Source: a virus (Duplodnaviria > Caudoviricetes). From it: a DNA stretch of 28,053 bases. The first letter of the stretch is position 1; every line of letters begins with the position of its first letter. Shown here in pieces: positions 25,277-28,053 of the stretch. Under the pieces are notes generated by a model. That model was given only the letters and a program-made list of their open reading frames with translations. It was not told the origin of the DNA and made no database searches. A program made the translations under genes and the position numbers. The stretch covers positions 1 to 28,053 of IMG/VR virus record IMGVR_UViG_3300027672_000060; one strand, written 5' to 3'.

Positions 25277-25873
25277 ATGGCATGTACGGCACTAACTAAG
25301 GGAAGGGGACTCGATTGCAATCGCATCTCGGGCGGCGTTAAATTTATTTATTTCGGAGTTTTTGATCAATTTAAAGCTCCAATAGACGGAACAGGAATAG
25401 CAGTAACGGCAGGAGAAGTTACTGACATAGAAATGGCAGCAGGAGCAGAACTTTACAGATACACTATGCCTCTTGGAGTAGCTAGTATTACAGATACTAT
25501 CGTAGGATCGAGAGAAAACGGCACTATTTATTACACTCCAACTGCTCAAGTATTATTTAACAGACTTACAAAAGAAGACCAAAATCAAATTAAGCTCTTA
25601 GGAGCGACTAAGGTCGTTGTCTTTGCTCAATTAAATCAACAAATTTTAGCTACTGGAACTGATGTTATTGTTTGTTTAGGAAGAGTTAATGGTATGGAAC
25701 TTAATGCAGGAACTATGGATTCAGGTGCTGCATGGGGAGATAAAAATGGTTACACACTTACATTTGACGGCATAGAGGCTGACCCTTTTCCAATGGTAGC
25801 AGATTATCCTATTGCAACAGGACCTTTTTCTAATGCAGGTTTTACCATACCTGGAGGAATAGTAACTTCTTAA
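25277..25873 (+). CDS. Major tail tube protein
   Basis: MAC..LT.GR...C....GG.K, SRENGT.YY, G.A.GD.NGYTLTF.G.E motifs. Confidence 0.75.
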   Translation: MACTALTKGRGLDCNRISGGVKFIYFGVFDQFKAPIDGTGIAVTAGEVTDIEMAAGAELYRYTMPLGVASITDTIVGSRENGTIYYTPTAQVLFNRLTKEDQNQIKLLGATKVVVFAQLNQQILATGTDVIVCLGRVNGMELNAGTMDSGAAWGDKNGYTLTFDGIEADPFPMVADYPIATGPFSNAGFTIPGGIVTS

Positions 25874-25896
25874 TTAGTTTCTTTTATATATTTTTA

Positions 25897-25926
25897 GAAA
25901 GGGTAGCTTAACAGTTACCCTTTTTT
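25897..25926 (+). terminator. Intrinsic terminator after the tail tube gene
   Basis: AAAGGGTAGC-TTAACA-GTTACCCTTTTTT. Confidence 0.75.
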
Positions 25927-25931
25927 ACACT

Positions 25932-25982
25932 TAGTGAGGGTGGGGTGGTTTGACCATCTATAGAGAAATCTAGCGTTCACTA
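25932..25982 (+). ncRNA. Candidate structured RNA (three-way junction with GAAA tetraloop)
   Basis: P1 TAGTGAG/TTCACTA; P2 GGGTGGT-TTG-ACCATCT; P3 TAGA-GAAA-TCTA; folded by eye only. Confidence 0.4.
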
Positions 25983-25989
25983 TGGGTTT

Positions 25990-26017
25990 AAGGTTGCTTT
26001 GGCAGCCTTTTTCCTTT
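25990..26017 (+). terminator. Second intrinsic terminator
   Basis: AAGGTTGC-TTTG-GCAGCCTT followed by TTTCCTTT. Confidence 0.7.
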
Positions 26018-26023
26018 ATTAAC

Positions 26024-26053
26024 CAAACAGAAACAGACTTTTTCTATTATATA
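26024..26053 (+). promoter_or_regulatory. Late promoter motif copy 5 (upstream of head closure/portal operon)
   Basis: CAAACAGA-N10-TTCTATTATATA, with ATG 2 nt downstream. Confidence 0.8.
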
Positions 26054-26055
26054 AT

Positions 26056-26544
26056 ATGATACAAGGATTTACGCAAACTGATATTTTAACAGAAATTTGT
26101 ACTGAAGATAACAGAATAAATACTTTAGTAAATAGAACTCAGATTAGATTCTTAGTGAAGTTTATAAATGACTTTGACGGTTCTATTAGTTATAGCTATT
26201 CTTTTGCAAGCGCTCAAGAGTTTATATTTCCTAGATACACAAAGATTCAGTTTTATTATGCATTAGTTCCTGATCTATTTTTGTCTACTATAAACTTATT
26301 GCCAGCAGGTCATTGGAAATATGAAATTTATGAAGTTAGTTGGATAGGTCAAGTAGTATTAAGTGATACGACCGCTCCAAAGACAGAAACTCAAGTACTT
26401 CCTGTAGCTGATAATAATGGAGTAGTAAATGGAATAGTAACTAAAGGAATACTAAACTTAACAGAAAAATCTGGAACTGAGCAAGTTGAATATATTCAGC
26501 ACCCAGAACCATCAGGAACTAACACTATTTATTACGGTCAATAA
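26056..26544 (+). CDS. Putative virion protein (head closure-like)
   Basis: RY...F, G.W.Y.IYE, G...L pattern; precedes portal; function from context only. Confidence 0.5.
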   Translation: MIQGFTQTDILTEICTEDNRINTLVNRTQIRFLVKFINDFDGSISYSYSFASAQEFIFPRYTKIQFYYALVPDLFLSTINLLPAGHWKYEIYEVSWIGQVVLSDTTAPKTETQVLPVADNNGVVNGIVTKGILNLTEKSGTEQVEYIQHPEPSGTNTIYYGQ

Positions 26545-26553
26545 AAATTAAAA

Positions 26554-28053
26554 ATGGATAAAATACTTTCAGTAGATTTAAGCACTTCAACAGCTCCTTT
26601 GGTACAAGAGGTTAGAGGAAAAGATTACATTGAGTACGGCGACTCTAATGGAGAATGGAGAAACCTTTACCCACAGTTTTTAATTGACCTTTACTATTCA
26701 AGTTCTATAACGGCTGCTATTGTTAATGCAACGGCTGAAATGATAAGTGCTGAGGACTTAGTTATAACAGATGAAGATGATAGAGATGAAGAAGCAAGAG
26801 TAAAGCTTCAGAACTTTATGAATAATGCTAATGGTAATGAAACACTACACGAGGTATTAAAAAAGGTAGCATTTGACTTTAAATTACAAGGAGCATTTGC
26901 ACTTAATATAGTATGGTCAAAAGATAGAACTCAGATAGCTGAAATCTATCATATACCAGTAGAGAAGATTAGGTGTGAACGTCCTGATGAATTTGGAAAA
27001 ACTAGAGGGTACTATGTTTCAGGTGATTGGGCTAACACAAGAACGAACAAACCTTATAGAGTTCCAGCCTTTAATGTAAACGATAGAACTTCTCCTAATC
27101 AAATTCTTTATACAGGGCTTTATAGTCCTAATATGAATTCTTATTATACAGCAGATTACATCTCTTGTAATAATTGGGCGTTAATTGATTCTAAAGTTTC
27201 TGAGTTTCATCTTAATAATATCTCTAATGGATTTACTGGCTCGTTTATGATTAGTTTCGCGAATGGAATCCCAACGGCTGAAGAAAGAAATCAGATAGAA
27301 AGAAGTTTAGAAGATAAATTTACATCAGAAAAAAATGCAGGTAAATTCGTTTTGACTTTTTCAGATGACAAGACTAGAGTACCAGAAATAACTTCTATTA
27401 GTCCATCAGATTTAGATAAGCAGTATTTAGCACTCCAAGAACTTTTAACTAGCAACATCCTCTCAGGTCATAGGGTTACTTCTAAGACACTTATGGGCTT
27501 AGATAGTGCTAACGGGTTCTCAAGCAATGCAGACGAGCTAAACGCAGCTTCTAATTTTTATCTTAATACTGTAATAATGCCTTTCCAAGGGCAAATACTT
27601 AAAGTATTACACAAGATATTCCAAGTTAATAATATGGATATGCCAGTACAATTTGTACAACTTAAACCTATAACTACTAAATTTACTAATCAAGATTTAG
27701 CAGCCGTATTAACTCCAGACGAAATAAGAGCAGAAATGGGATATGCACCTTTAGATGTAGACGTTGATGTCAGAGAGGATTTTTCAAAAGTTGGAATGAT
27801 AGACGGCAAGCCTGTTTTTGATACCATAGAAGAAGCCTTAGCTAGTGCAAAGACTTTAGGGTGTGAAGGTTATCATACTCACGAATTAGAGGGTAAGGAA
27901 GTCTATATGGCTTGCGAAGGACATGAAGAAGCTACACAACTAGCAGAGTGGATAGAAGAATTTGGTGAAGATATGCCTGAAGATTGGGAATTAGTAGATG
28001 AAGAAGTGGTAGATGGTGAGCATAGAGATTTTGATTTTGAGAAAGTATTAAAT
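26554..28053 (+). CDS. Portal protein, partial (500 codons open to the window end; absent from the ORF track)
   Basis: Manual translation MDKILSVDLS..YG..N.YPQFLIDLYYSS..AIVN..DFKLQG.FA..NNI.NGF..NAGKF..F..IL.GHRVTS..DEIR..MGY.PL. Confidence 0.9.
   Translation, partial: MDKILSVDLSTSTAPLVQEVRGKDYIEYGDSNGEWRNLYPQFLIDLYYSSSITAAIVNATAEMISAEDLVITDEDDRDEEARVKLQNFMNNANGNETLHEVLKKVAFDFKLQGAFALNIVWSKDRTQIAEIYHIPVEKIRCERPDEFGKTRGYYVSGDWANTRTNKPYRVPAFNVNDRTSPNQILYTGLYSPNMNSYYTADYISCNNWALIDSKVSEFHLNNISNGFTGSFMISFANGIPTAEERNQIERSLEDKFTSEKNAGKFVLTFSDDKTRVPEITSISPSDLDKQYLALQELLTSNILSGHRVTSKTLMGLDSANGFSSNADELNAASNFYLNTVIMPFQGQILKVLHKIFQVNNMDMPVQFVQLKPITTKFTNQDLAAVLTPDEIRAEMGYAPLDVDVDVREDFSKVGMIDGKPVFDTIEEALASAKTLGCEGYHTHELEGKEVYMACEGHEEATQLAEWIEEFGEDMPEDWELVDEEVVDGEHRDFDFEKVLN

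Noticed and set aside
1124-25549. All minus-strand ORFs in the track (e.g. 1124-1318, 3727-3924, 9932-10195, 10666-10953, 11097-11471, 15458-15883, 20427-20936, 22851-23189, 23787-24302, 25292-25549)
   Set aside because: Each lies antisense to a convincing + strand gene, has Ser/Phe/Leu-biased shadow composition and no recognisable motifs.
1-28053. CRISPR array, DGR, integrase/att site, tRNA, intron/intein, stop-codon reassignment
   Set aside because: No repeat-spacer array, reverse transcriptase, recombinase or cloverleaf recognised; core genes are intact and of ordinary length in the standard code.

Overview
AT-rich tailed dsDNA bacteriophage (siphovirus-type, HK97-like head, non-contractile tail inferred), with every credible gene on the + strand. 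A Bacteroidota (probably Flavobacteriia) host is inferred from TAnnTTTG -7 promoters, A-rich leaders lacking Shine-Dalgarno sequences, and DUF3127/DUF5675-like genes. The window begins in a partial ORF just before the head-tail adaptor and ends inside the portal gene, so it may be almost a whole circular genome. Gene order: adaptor, lysis cassette, metallophosphoesterase | early promoter, ERF recombinase, SSB-like, DnaA-domain-IV-like protein, replication initiator, PAPS-reductase-like, NinG-like | second host-type promoter, C5 MTase, phage sigma factor, amino-MTase, NinB-like | TerS, TerL, frameshifted tail chaperone, tail completion/tip genes, tape measure | prohead protease, cargo-like paralog, scaffold, capsid, tail tube | head closure, portal. 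I saw no integrase, repressor, DNA polymerase, tRNA or CRISPR array. Most notable: (1) a bipartite late-promoter motif CAAAYRRA-N10-TTCTATTATATA at five late-module starts; (2) a DnaA-box-like site exactly 47 bp before both host-type promoters, together with a phage DnaA-C-like protein, suggesting a three-tier cascade; (3) a duplicated leader+K[VI]ELGL[IV]DD module, fused to the protease and also free-standing, that resembles a capsid-targeted cargo system; (4) beta-clamp-type motifs at the C-termini of three putative DNA-modifying enzymes; (5) structured intergenic RNA candidates. Family assignments come from recognising motifs by eye; no searches were run.
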